Below, piece after piece: positions 19,898 through 28,625 of a DNA stretch of 48,320 bases. This DNA comes from a virus (taxonomy: Duplodnaviria; Caudoviricetes). Both the position numbers and the translations under genes were made by a program. The notes beneath the pieces were generated by a model. It worked only from the letters and a program-made list of their open reading frames with translations, was not told where the DNA came from and did not search any database. The stretch is from positions 1-48,320 of the IMG/VR virus record IMGVR_UViG_3300020045_003154. One strand, 5' to 3'. Position 1 is the first letter of the stretch. Every line of letters starts with the position of its first letter.

Positions 19898-20898
19898 GTT
19901 TTCTCCGTCATTTGTTTTACTTGTTCATAGTCAGCATAAAGGTCTGCATCAACTTTTGCATACAACACTCCGTAGTTGTATTCACAATCCCGGAAGTGAC
20001 GCCCATCAATCCCCTTGTCGGCCTCGGCAATGATTTCAGAGATGCACTTCTCAATTTCCTTGTCCTCTTCTGTTTCAACAGAGAACCCGCCAATGCCCTG
20101 CTCTGCGTAATCATACCCTTCTGTCCAATCGTTACGGTTCTGCTCAAGGTAATATGCAAGACGTAGATACTTACACTTGCTAAGGACAGCATACAGCACA
20201 TCGGTACTATCTGCAAGAGGGTCACACCCGTATTTCACCTTGTAGAAAGCAACCTTAGTTTCATTTTCCACTTTGGTCTTTTCCTTCTGTGTCTTCTGCT
20301 CTTGGTCATAAATCGTTCGATATGCTGTGCGATAGGTGTCTTCAATACGCGAGCGCATCTGTTGTGCCTCAGACTTGTGTGCTGTGTATTGTGTTGTAGG
20401 AATGTTCCTTGACAGGTCACAAATCCACCCAGCCGTCTTCGTTACGGATTTAGGAGTCCTCGCACGAGAATTTGTATCGCGCTCCTGATAGGAGTCAGGA
20501 ATGCCTAGTTGCTTCATAATCTGTGCCATCTTGTGCTTGATGAGAAGATTATTCTCAATGAGAGGTTTATTGGCCTCTTCGATATTCGCGCAGGCAACCT
20601 CCCAAGCAGCCACTTGTTCAAGCAGGGCATTCTTACGAGATTCCAATGAGGTAAGGCTGCTGATAGGTTTCGCGCTGCCCCAACCATCTTTGAAATCCCA
20701 CCAACTTGAGGAGTGGTCAATAGAAAGCGTCCCAGCCCCCGGTACCAGAAACACACTTTTCTTAGGAAAAGGCTTTAGCGGCTGCGGCTTCGGGAATGCT
20801 TCGTCAGCCTTGGCTTGCATATCAGCAATCTTACCTTCTGTCATGTCCGCAAGAGCACGTAACGCTTGCGGGATTGTTTCTGTGTGTGCTAAGAACAT
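19894..20898 (-). CDS. Hypothetical coiled-coil protein (start MFLAH)
   Basis: AAGGAG RBS before ATG at 20898; long ORF. Confidence 0.75.
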   Translation of the reverse strand: MFLAHTETIPQALRALADMTEGKIADMQAKADEAFPKPQPLKPFPKKSVFLVPGAGTLSIDHSSSWWDFKDGWGSAKPISSLTSLESRKNALLEQVAAWEVACANIEEANKPLIENNLLIKHKMAQIMKQLGIPDSYQERDTNSRARTPKSVTKTAGWICDLSRNIPTTQYTAHKSEAQQMRSRIEDTYRTAYRTIYDQEQKTQKEKTKVENETKVAFYKVKYGCDPLADSTDVLYAVLSKCKYLRLAYYLEQNRNDWTEGYDYAEQGIGGFSVETEEDKEIEKCISEIIAEADKGIDGRHFRDCEYNYGVLYAKVDADLYADYEQVKQMTEKT

Positions 20899-20912
20899 TA
20901 TTGTCTCCTTTG

Positions 20913-22559
20913 TTAAAATCCGCCAGTTTCGGCAAGCACTACTTCCCAAGTATCTTCATCAATAGTGAATTCATCACAAACTCCCAGATAACTCCAAGGA
21001 CGATTCTTCAGTACCGTGAGGCGTACATTACCTCGGCTGCGGTCAGGTTTCACTTCTGGTTCCAACCCAAGAATAACAAAGGATAGCTGCTCAAGGGCAG
21101 CACTTCCTCGCATTAGCTCTTTAGTAATCTTTACCCAGAATGGCTCATCTTCCTTACCCTTGGGTGGAGTGAAGAGCTTCCCATCGCCACGGTTAATGTG
21201 GGACACAGCAATAATGCACACATCGTTAGCAGCGCAGAAGGCAGCCAGCTCTGTCATTACAATATCTAGCTCTTTGCGCTCGTTCTCAATAGCAGACCCG
21301 CTGATTACAACAGAGAGATGATCAAGGATAATGTACGAACACTTCTCAACAAGGTGCATGTGTTTCACCTTAGCCATAAGCTCTGTGATAGGTAAGCTAC
21401 CAAAATGACCAAGCATAACAAGTTGATCGTGATTAACGATTTCATCATAGGCTTCACGAATGCGTTCCTCAGTAGCGCAAGACAAAGGATCATTCTTGAA
21501 CTTATTGTAATTCACCTTGAGCTTACCCGCAACCATACGTTGCAAGGTTTCCTTATTCTGCTCTTCAAGATAAATCATCCCAACCTTCTCCCCTTGCTCC
21601 ATGAAGGCACTGGCAAAGATTGATGTTACCGTGCTCTTACCAACACCAGAAGGAGAGGTAAGCAGAACAAGCTCCCGAGTACGAAATCCGTGCAGCTTAC
21701 GCATAAGCTCTGGAAAGCAAGGAACGTAGATGCCCTCTGGACGCTTCTGAATCAACTCTTCAAAAGAGATGTCTGCAGCATGGACGATCTTCTCTGCTGA
21801 ATATGGGCGCTTACCAAACTGTACAAGCTTTGCTAACTCTGAACTACGCCCAGCTTGCAGTAGATCAGAAGCATCCTTGTAGTTGTTCCCCGGCGTAATC
21901 ACTGACAAAGCAATGGATGAACCCACCAAAGCAGATGCTACAGCTTCACGAGCTTCGTGCCCTTTTAAGATGCCCTTTGCTTTCTCCTTTGGGGTGCAAT
22001 AATCATCATCAAAGAACAGAGACAGTCCGTCGAATGAGTGAATGAACTCATTGTTGTGTAGAATAGCCTCAACAGCGTTGGCTGTACCAAGAGGAAGGCT
22101 GACAACAAACGGCTCAAGCCCTTCATACTTTGTACCTTGAACGTCGTGAACAATAGCCTGATGACATGAAAGGGTGTCCCATTCTCCTTCCGTGCAGGTT
22201 ACCGTAACACGCTTGCGTGCAACCTTCTCTGCTACATCTTGTCCAAACAGCTTATTTGAAATAGAGACAGAGCCAATAGCTGACCAGTGTCCATCTTCAT
22301 TTTTGTCCAACAGCAGGTTCTGTTTCTTATAACCAGTGACACGACCCTTCTGACTAACACTTGGAAAATACACAGCCTCAATTGTCTTTCCATCTTCTTG
22401 GCTCACCGCTGCGCGTACGCCGAACTTCTCACAAGTTTCTTTCGTGATGCCCCGAGAAGGAATGTCCATAAAAGGAAATCCAGCAATATCCTTCAAGGTT
22501 TCCTTCGGCTCATATCGCGTTGTGTTCGTCATCTTCTTTTCTTTCCTCTCGTAGCTCAA
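20913..22559 (-). CDS. T7 gp4-like primase-helicase (TOPRIM + DnaB/SF4)
   Basis: TEGEWD, FFDDD, KDASD TOPRIM; SPSGVGKST Walker A, ILDHLS, SHINR, RGSAALEQLS, LKNR. Confidence 0.93.
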   Translation of the reverse strand: MSYERKEKKMTNTTRYEPKETLKDIAGFPFMDIPSRGITKETCEKFGVRAAVSQEDGKTIEAVYFPSVSQKGRVTGYKKQNLLLDKNEDGHWSAIGSVSISNKLFGQDVAEKVARKRVTVTCTEGEWDTLSCHQAIVHDVQGTKYEGLEPFVVSLPLGTANAVEAILHNNEFIHSFDGLSLFFDDDYCTPKEKAKGILKGHEAREAVASALVGSSIALSVITPGNNYKDASDLLQAGRSSELAKLVQFGKRPYSAEKIVHAADISFEELIQKRPEGIYVPCFPELMRKLHGFRTRELVLLTSPSGVGKSTVTSIFASAFMEQGEKVGMIYLEEQNKETLQRMVAGKLKVNYNKFKNDPLSCATEERIREAYDEIVNHDQLVMLGHFGSLPITELMAKVKHMHLVEKCSYIILDHLSVVISGSAIENERKELDIVMTELAAFCAANDVCIIAVSHINRGDGKLFTPPKGKEDEPFWVKITKELMRGSAALEQLSFVILGLEPEVKPDRSRGNVRLTVLKNRPWSYLGVCDEFTIDEDTWEVVLAETGGF

Positions 22560-23055
22560 TTATCCCTCCTCGATAGAATTTATGGTTCCCAACCATTCTA
22601 ACATACACAAGCTTCTCTGTCAACCAACTGTGGTGATTCTTGTGAAAGAAAAACATAGCCCCCTTGGTGAAATCTTTACGTAGCCCTTTGTAATCCTCGC
22701 TAATCATGTGAGCAGCCCTGTTGAAGAAGGCTCTAGGAGCCCTAGGAACGCTTTTAGAGCTTCCCATGAAGGAATACTGCCCCGGCTGGCGCAGCACCCA
22801 ACACAGCCCCTTCTGAGCCTTCCTAGCCCTATTCAATGATACATGGGCTACAGCATCCTGCCCTTTGATGCCTTCTCCTCGTGCTTCGTAGTACATAATG
22901 GCAGCTAAGCAGGAAGCCTCGCTATGTGCTACCAGAAGCCCTGCAGCATGTCTGCTGGTAGGGGTATAGCTTGATGGTGCTAAAGACGCGCTAAACGTGA
23001 GGATAAGCAATGCTAGAATGCCTTTATAGGAGGTGGCGAAGACACGTCCTACCAT
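22510..23055 (-). CDS. SleB-like cell wall hydrolase (Hydrolase_2)
   Basis: CLAAIMYYEARGE..GQDAVAHVSLNR..QPGQYS..VGNHKFY; N-terminal hydrophobic signal. Confidence 0.88.
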   Translation of the reverse strand: MVGRVFATSYKGILALLILTFSASLAPSSYTPTSRHAAGLLVAHSEASCLAAIMYYEARGEGIKGQDAVAHVSLNRARKAQKGLCWVLRQPGQYSFMGSSKSVPRAPRAFFNRAAHMISEDYKGLRKDFTKGAMFFFHKNHHSWLTEKLVYVRMVGNHKFYRGGIIELREERKEDDEHNAI

Positions 23056-23276
23056 CGCTTGCCTTTACGGGACTCTTTACGATAATAGGGGTCGTTCTTT
23101 GGAGCAATCACTGACCTCATACCCTCGTCCGCAACTTGCTCTGCTGCTTCTTTGGCCCAAGTATCCAGCGCATAGGCTGCTTCTTCGGCACTCGACACAC
23201 AACGCCACAAGTCTTCTGGACTTAGAAGTGCCCAGAGACTGTGTTTCAGTTCTCCGTGGAGCAGCATATCTCGCAT
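23049..23276 (-). CDS. Hypothetical protein
   Basis: ORF in operon. Confidence 0.5.
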   Translation of the reverse strand: MRDMLLHGELKHSLWALLSPEDLWRCVSSAEEAAYALDTWAKEAAEQVADEGMRSVIAPKNDPYYRKESRKGKRW

Positions 23277-23277
23277 A

Positions 23278-23430
23278 TTACCCCCGCCAAGCCACAACAT
23301 CTGGCTTCTGCATCTTTGTAGCAAGAATCCATTTCGAGCCGAGGTAGTGGAGACATTGGATACGGCATTCGTACAGATAATCCGTCTCGCCGGGAAGCTG
23401 CTTTACGTTAGGCATTTCAATTTTGTTCAT
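23278..23430 (-). CDS. Hypothetical protein
   Basis: AAGGAG RBS before MNKIEM. Confidence 0.5.
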   Translation of the reverse strand: MNKIEMPNVKQLPGETDYLYECRIQCLHYLGSKWILATKMQKPDVVAWRG

Positions 23431-23620
23431 CTTCGTCTCCTTGCATGTCGTTATAAAGAGTGTACAGAGCATTTGAGATGTCTGCTGCTGCGTTAGCCAG
23501 AAATCTGTCTCCTTGGATAGTTGCACTCTCTAATACAAATTGATCAAACATTGTCATAACCATCATCGTAGCATGAGTCACTTCTTGTGCCAAAAGTTCT
23601 TTCTGTGCAGCTTTAGTCAT
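23417..23620 (-). CDS. Hypothetical protein
   Basis: GGAGG RBS before MTKAAQ. Confidence 0.5.
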   Translation of the reverse strand: MTKAAQKELLAQEVTHATMMVMTMFDQFVLESATIQGDRFLANAAADISNALYTLYNDMQGDEDEQN

Positions 23621-23691
23621 ATCATTCCTCCCAGTGAATTTCAATAGTTGCAGTAGGCTCAACACAGTCAGCATGCGCAAGAGCAATCTCT

Positions 23692-24003
23692 TTAGATGGA
23701 TACACCCCCCCCTGTAAAGGCCAATGTTTCTGGGCAACTGGATTTATAAATATTAATCCAACCACTCTTCTTCTCTGAGGCCATGAAGAGGTCATAGGGC
23801 TCCTTTTTATCAGAGTAGAACCTCCCGTCCTTTTGGAAGGTTTCTGCTCCTCCGTCTACAAGTGCTCCAACTTTAAATGGGCCTTCTATCTCCTCGCAGT
23901 AATACAAAAACTTAGCAGGCGTCCCATCACGGCAGACAATAGGCTTCCCTGCAATGGCTTGTTCTAGGTTGAATGCGCGCATTCCTTGTTTACATGGCTT
24001 CAT
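23692..24003 (-). CDS. Hypothetical phage protein
   Basis: AAGGAG RBS; FNLEQAIAGKPIVCRDG..DLFM pattern common in phage hypotheticals. Confidence 0.6.
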   Translation of the reverse strand: MKPCKQGMRAFNLEQAIAGKPIVCRDGTPAKFLYYCEEIEGPFKVGALVDGGAETFQKDGRFYSDKKEPYDLFMASEKKSGWINIYKSSCPETLAFTGGGVSI

Positions 24004-24014
24004 TTTGTTTCTCC

Positions 24015-24188
24015 TTAATCAATAAAAGTTTTCTTGCATGAAGGGCAGGCGAAGAGGCTGACATACTTCCAACCATCTGCCCCCTCCCGCTTTAATTCCA
24101 CAGGGAGCCCCCAGAACTCTTCCTTTACAGTAAATTTATTATCTGCCCAAGTATATCCTGTTTGGTAATCACAGTGTGGACATTTCAT
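24015..24188 (-). CDS. Small zinc-ribbon protein (57 aa, not in ORF track)
   Basis: MKCPHC...FACPSCKKTFID*; ATGA overlap with upstream gene. Confidence 0.65.
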   Translation of the reverse strand: MKCPHCDYQTGYTWADNKFTVKEEFWGLPVELKREGADGWKYVSLFACPSCKKTFID

Positions 24189-24433
24189 GATTGCTTCTCC
24201 TCACTCTCTCGTGCTTGGTCAATACAGTCTAGCAGGGATTCTCCAACAAAACTGGCTGGCTGCTCTCCTCTAGACGATTGAACAGTAAGCCAAACGTGTC
24301 CTGTATAGGAATCAGTTCCATAAGTGTGCTTCGTATCCTCTAACCACGCAATCTGCTCTTCCAGCCAAGCACATTTAGCTTCTAGCAAGGCTTCCTTCTT
24401 TCCGTACATTGCCATTGTGAATTGTGGGATCAT
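24185..24433 (-). CDS. Hypothetical protein
   Basis: ORF in operon; C-terminal GESLLDCID resembles GSCLLEAIE in 25418 ORF. Confidence 0.6.
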   Translation of the reverse strand: MIPQFTMAMYGKKEALLEAKCAWLEEQIAWLEDTKHTYGTDSYTGHVWLTVQSSRGEQPASFVGESLLDCIDQARESEEKQS

Positions 24434-24637
24434 TTAGCCCACCTCTTTCTGCAAGTTCTGAAGCAGTGCTGTCACTGCAGCATGGCGATACTCATCGTCA
24501 GGATACGTCTCATCTGGAATAGTGACATCTAGTGCTATGATGGCCTGCAAGATACGCTCGTCTTCTTCACTAGCTACTTCGATGCTGATTGTGTAAGGCT
24601 TGAAACTTGTTGTTCCTGTTTGCTTAGTAACTTTCAT
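24434..24637 (-). CDS. Hypothetical protein, first gene of leftward operon
   Basis: GAGGAG RBS before MKVTKQ. Confidence 0.6.
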   Translation of the reverse strand: MKVTKQTGTTSFKPYTISIEVASEEDERILQAIIALDVTIPDETYPDDEYRHAAVTALLQNLQKEVG

Positions 24638-24671
24638 GTTAGTTCTCCTCGTGATTGTTAAGCATGTAGCC

Positions 24672-24700
24672 ATTGTAAGAGATGATTTCTCTGTTGTCAA
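24672..24700 (-). promoter_or_regulatory. sigma70 promoter of leftward replication operon
   Basis: TTGACA-17nt-TACAAT. Confidence 0.85.
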
Positions 24701-24720
24701 GCCTTCTCTCAATTTATTTT

Positions 24721-24785
24721 ACACAAAGAAGAAAGCCCTGCCAGAAGCTTGTTAGGCTCTTGGCAGGGCTGTGTGTTCTTTGTGT
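24721..24785 (-). terminator. Long hairpin terminator
   Basis: AGCCCTGCCA..TGGCAGGGCT stem extended by ACACAAAGAA/TTCTTTGTGT; U-rich tail on minus strand. Confidence 0.8.
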
Positions 24786-25203
24786 TAGGAGTGTACACTA
24801 AGTAGTAAACCCTTAAAGAGTAAGCCTATATAGTATACTATAAGTATTATTGATAATTACCTGAGAGGAGAATGCTTACAGTTACCCCTACCCAAACCGA
24901 GCTGTTAAGCAGGGAAGGATAAGGGTGTAGTAAGCATTCAACACAATTACCCTCGTGTCGTCTAGCTTCTCTTGAGATGTTGTGTCATCCGCGAGTACAG
25001 GAGTTATGGCTATCACAATGCCACTCTGCAGGTTTCCTGTAAGCGATATATCCCCTAAACACAAGGGAAGGAAATCTAGCATCAGATCCCTCGAAAGCTC
25101 TTTCCATCGCCGTTACCAACCTTGCCCTATGTGCAGTTTCTTCTTAGGACGATACGAGCTATGCGGAACGTTAGTTTCTCCGATACACACAGCAAGACTT
25201 CAT
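24721..25203 (-). ncRNA. Candidate ~480 nt structured non-coding RNA (RNA-1)
   Basis: Own promoter (25210-25238) and terminator, no credible ORF, several long stems. Confidence 0.55.
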
Positions 25204-25209
25204 ACGAGC

Positions 25210-25238
25210 ATTGTCTCACACAAACACACAGAAGTCAA
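25210..25238 (-). promoter_or_regulatory. sigma70 promoter for RNA-1
   Basis: TTGACT-17nt-GACAAT with TG extension. Confidence 0.7.
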
Positions 25239-25357
25239 GCTTTGTGGCAGAATTATTTTCTAACATGGCCGTGTTACATATCTTGGCCGTGGTAGTATCT
25301 TAACGTAGAATCCGCTTCTGCACTACGTGGTTGTTAAGGTGGGTTATGATTTAACTG

Positions 25358-25386
25358 TTGACTGCCAAGAACTTACGTGCTATGAT
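25358..25386 (+). promoter_or_regulatory. sigma70 promoter of rightward operon
   Basis: TTGACT-17nt-TATGAT, extended TG. Confidence 0.85.
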
Positions 25387-25417
25387 GACGTTATCGCGTT
25401 GAGTAAAGGAGAAGGAA

Positions 25418-25666
25418 ATGACTAATGAAGACTTCCTAAATGACAAGTTCGGTAAAACTTACGATTCCATTGATGCGGGAGAAAAGTTAGAGTATCTTGT
25501 TGAACAGATGGACTGGATGCAAGAGTACTGGGTGGAAAGCTGGGAACAGCCTCCGTCCCACACATCCATCCGGGCATATCACAATAAAGGAGAGCCTACT
25601 GAAACAACAGGCTCTTGCCTCTTAGAAGCTATCGAAAATGCACAAAAGGAGATGAATGATGAGTAA
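25418..25666 (+). CDS. Acidic hypothetical protein
   Basis: AAGGAGAAGGA RBS. Confidence 0.65.
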   Translation: MTNEDFLNDKFGKTYDSIDAGEKLEYLVEQMDWMQEYWVESWEQPPSHTSIRAYHNKGEPTETTGSCLLEAIENAQKEMNDE

Positions 25667-25901
25667 TACACAACACAGTTGGCTTCCAGCATTCCCTACA
25701 TCAGAGGAGCATGGATCTAGTGAAGGTTATCCCGGAATGACCCTTCGGGACTACTTTGCAGCAAAAGCCCTCTCGGGCCTTATTGGGCGTGACTGGTCAC
25801 ACACAAAAGGGGAAGATGAGGAAATTATTGCAGGGATGGTTAAGTCTTCTTATACGATAGCAAACCTGATGATGATTGAAAGGGAGAAGAGCAGTGACTA
25901 G
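25656..25901 (+). CDS. Conserved phage hypothetical protein
   Basis: PAFP..GMTLRDYFAAKAL motif widespread in phages. Confidence 0.7.
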   Translation: MMSNTQHSWLPAFPTSEEHGSSEGYPGMTLRDYFAAKALSGLIGRDWSHTKGEDEEIIAGMVKSSYTIANLMMIEREKSSD

Positions 25902-26394
25902 ACAAGAAATAGACATCCTATGGCAACGAGCCATGACAGCAGCTATTGCAGACGGAGAGCCTATGACGAGGTATCACTTTGCGGAGATGTTGCTGAAGGC
26001 TGATCGGGATTCGCGAACAGAGAATACTACAACACTGGAAGAACTCCGCGAAGAAAAGTCTGCAAAGTTTGAGGCATATGTTAAGGGCTTCAAGGACGGT
26101 TGGGAAAAGAAACCTGATAGCTTCAATCTTACAGACCATGCCGTAAAGGTTGAATGGGACATGAACAAGGTGCTGAATGATCGTAAGGAATTCCTTCGTA
26201 GGCTACAAGCTGCCGGGTATCACGGCCTTCAGCACTACATTGAAGCGCAAGCTCAGATGTACGATGTTCCTCTGGATGTAGCTCGTTCTGCATTCCAAAT
26301 CGGATCTTATCCAGAAGCCTTTACGGGATTTATTGATGAGTTAAAGAAGTATAAGCAAACAAAGAAAGGAGCTACAACTTGTTACCAAGATTGA
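25876..26394 (+). CDS. Hypothetical protein (start probably GTG near 25894)
   Basis: ORF in operon. Confidence 0.6.
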   Translation: MKGRRAVTRQEIDILWQRAMTAAIADGEPMTRYHFAEMLLKADRDSRTENTTTLEELREEKSAKFEAYVKGFKDGWEKKPDSFNLTDHAVKVEWDMNKVLNDRKEFLRRLQAAGYHGLQHYIEAQAQMYDVPLDVARSAFQIGSYPEAFTGFIDELKKYKQTKKGATTCYQD

Positions 26395-28262
26395 TGCTAG
26401 GAAATTGTAAAGATTTGTTAAAGGAGTTGCCAGATAATTCTGTACATAGTGTAATTACTGACAGCCCGTATGAGCTAAATATGATGGGACGTGCTTGGGA
26501 CAACACAGGTATTGCCTATGATGTGGATTTGTGGAAAGAGTGTCTCCGAGTGTTGAAGCCGGGAGGCCATCTCCTATCTTTCAGCCATTCTCGTACATAC
26601 CACCGTATTGCTTGTGCTATCGAAGAGGCTGGTTTCGATATCCGGGACCAGATTATTTGGGCGTATGCCTGCTATTCTGAGGATACAGAATGTTTTACAA
26701 ATAACGGGTGGAAAAAGTACTCTGATATTGTACCGGGGGTCGATAAGATATTGCAGTGGGAGCATTCTACTGGAGAGTTAACTTGGTATGTGCCAGAAGA
26801 GGTGTTTGTGTATCCTGCCCCAGAGGAGATGGTGAGCCTGCAGAACCGCCACACAGATCAGCTTGTGACTAAAAACCACAGGTGCTACGCTAAAATAAGA
26901 AAGCACTCCCGGAATACTACTGCAAACTTTTACGAGGTTGTAGAGGCAAAAGATATTAAGCGGAGATGGTCAAAGGATTTCCCAATGGCAGGAAACCTGA
27001 TGGGCGGCGTATCTGTGCCAGACGCGTATCTTGTTGGGTGGTGGGCCACTGATGCTTGGGTGCACGGGGATAAGAAGGCTTGCATGTTCTCGCAAGCAAA
27101 ACCCCACACCTTGATAAAATTGAGAAATGCAATTAAGGGTAGTGATTGCAACTATTCGGAATATTTAAAAGAGCGCAAGCGTTTCAACCCTAACCATAAT
27201 GATGAGGTTTCCTTTTATGTTACGGGTAATCTCGCCAAGTTTCTTTTGACCAATTGGCCAACTAGGACGCTTGGATATGAGATATTGACGTGGGATTGGG
27301 AATCGCGCAATAACCTATTGGAGGGGCTGCTGGACGGAGACGGAAGCCGACCTGAAGGGATGCACGGAGAAACCTTTTGGTCGTTGAAGCACGATAGACT
27401 AGACCTTATTTCTTCTCTTTGTTGCTCTCTTGGAATTCGTAACTACGTTGACTACAAAAAGGGGTGTGTGTACCTTAACAGAAAAACAGCAACCACTCAG
27501 CTTCAAGATAAACACGTTACTGAAACTGTGAAAGGAGTTGGCGATGTTGTTTGGTGTCTAAAAACAGAGACAGGGGCATTTCTTGTCCGTCGAAATGGAA
27601 AACCGTTTATTAGTGGAAACAGTGGAATGCCTAAATCAGGTACACTCAAGCCTTGCCATGAGCCAATCTGTGTGGCACGTAAGCCCTTCAAGGGCAGTGC
27701 TAAGGCTATCATGGAGCTAGAAGGTATCGGCAGCTACAATATTGAATCTTGTCGCGTACCCGTTACAGATCCTCAAGACCTTGCGGATTTCGAGAACAAT
27801 CATAGGGTAACAGAGCGTATTCCACTTGAACGTAAGGATTCCTCTCTGAACCTGTTTGAAGGGGGCTGGAAGCAGATGGTAGGGGATGCACACATTCCCG
27901 AGGGGCGCTATCCGGGCAACATCGCCACGGACGGGACACTTGGAGATGATTACAGGTTCTTCACTAAATGTGAATTCACAGAGGAGGATTATGAAATCCA
28001 AGAGAGGCTTTTATTTTACAAGAAGCCTACGAAGAAAGAAAAGGGAGAATACAATACGCACATCAGTGTAAAACCTGTGAGCCTCATGCAGCACCTTATT
28101 CGGCTCGTGACGCCTGTTGGTGGCGTTGTGTTAGATCCGTTCATGGGGAGTGGGACAACAGGCGTGGCAGCCCGTTTAGAGGGTATGGTATTCATCGGCA
28201 TTGAAATGGAGCAAGCCAGTTTTGATATTGCACAACGGAGGATAAATGAAACCACCAACTAA
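26379..28262 (+). CDS. N6A/N4C DNA methyltransferase (beta class) containing an intein
   Basis: TDSPY motif IV before VLDPFMGSGTTG motif I; RVLKPGG, HEPI, VKPV motifs; AAGGAG RBS before TTG. Confidence 0.9.
   Translation: MLPRLMLGNCKDLLKELPDNSVHSVITDSPYELNMMGRAWDNTGIAYDVDLWKECLRVLKPGGHLLSFSHSRTYHRIACAIEEAGFDIRDQIIWAYACYSEDTECFTNNGWKKYSDIVPGVDKILQWEHSTGELTWYVPEEVFVYPAPEEMVSLQNRHTDQLVTKNHRCYAKIRKHSRNTTANFYEVVEAKDIKRRWSKDFPMAGNLMGGVSVPDAYLVGWWATDAWVHGDKKACMFSQAKPHTLIKLRNAIKGSDCNYSEYLKERKRFNPNHNDEVSFYVTGNLAKFLLTNWPTRTLGYEILTWDWESRNNLLEGLLDGDGSRPEGMHGETFWSLKHDRLDLISSLCCSLGIRNYVDYKKGCVYLNRKTATTQLQDKHVTETVKGVGDVVWCLKTETGAFLVRRNGKPFISGNSGMPKSGTLKPCHEPICVARKPFKGSAKAIMELEGIGSYNIESCRVPVTDPQDLADFENNHRVTERIPLERKDSSLNLFEGGWKQMVGDAHIPEGRYPGNIATDGTLGDDYRFFTKCEFTEEDYEIQERLLFYKKPTKKEKGEYNTHISVKPVSLMQHLIRLVTPVGGVVLDPFMGSGTTGVAARLEGMVFIGIEMEQASFDIAQRRINETTN
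26670..27620 (+). mobile_element. 317 aa intein with LAGLIDADG homing endonuclease
   Basis: Block A CYSEDTECFT, block B VTKNH, LVGWWATDA and LLEGLLDGDG, blocks F/G VWCLKT..FLVRRNG..SGN/S; removal restores WAYA-SGMPKS. Confidence 0.92.
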
Positions 28263-28368
28263 CAACATCCTCTGGGCAATGCGTGTTGTAGAGATGATAA
28301 CTTGTTTGACGATTATCGCAGGAGTTGTCAAACACTGGTTTGATGTGTAAATAAACCTCCCTGTATAT

Positions 28369-28397
28369 TTGACTTACGAGGCTTTCCGTGCTACAAT
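28369..28397 (+). promoter_or_regulatory. sigma70 promoter
   Basis: TTGACT-17nt-TACAAT, extended TG. Confidence 0.85.
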
Positions 28398-28428
28398 AGT
28401 GTCCGGCCTAAAATTATTAGGAGAGGAA

Positions 28429-28617
28429 ATGATTGAGTTTGATTTGCACATTCTTCACCTTCCTCCAATTCATCTTTGGAATATCAATCTGTACGATGTT
28501 GAGACACACAGAGAGAAAGCTATGAGGACAGAGCTTCCTGAGAGGAAATTGAAGGAGGGAAATGTGGAAGGCGAAGGGAAAATTGGTTTTATTAGGGGTG
28601 TTTTGGGTAATAGATAG
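28429..28617 (+). CDS. Hypothetical protein
   Basis: AGGAGAGG RBS before MIEF. Confidence 0.5.
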   Translation: MIEFDLHILHLPPIHLWNINLYDVETHREKAMRTELPERKLKEGNVEGEGKIGFIRGVLGNR

Positions 28618-28625
28618 GAGGAGGG

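Noticed and set aside
24888-25263. Short ORFs on both strands within RNA-1
   Set aside because: No RBS, non-ATG starts, overlap structured stems
26405-26422. GTAAA-GATTT-GTTAA resembling the CpxR-type box
   Set aside because: Imperfect, inside a coding sequence, explained by the CKDLL codons
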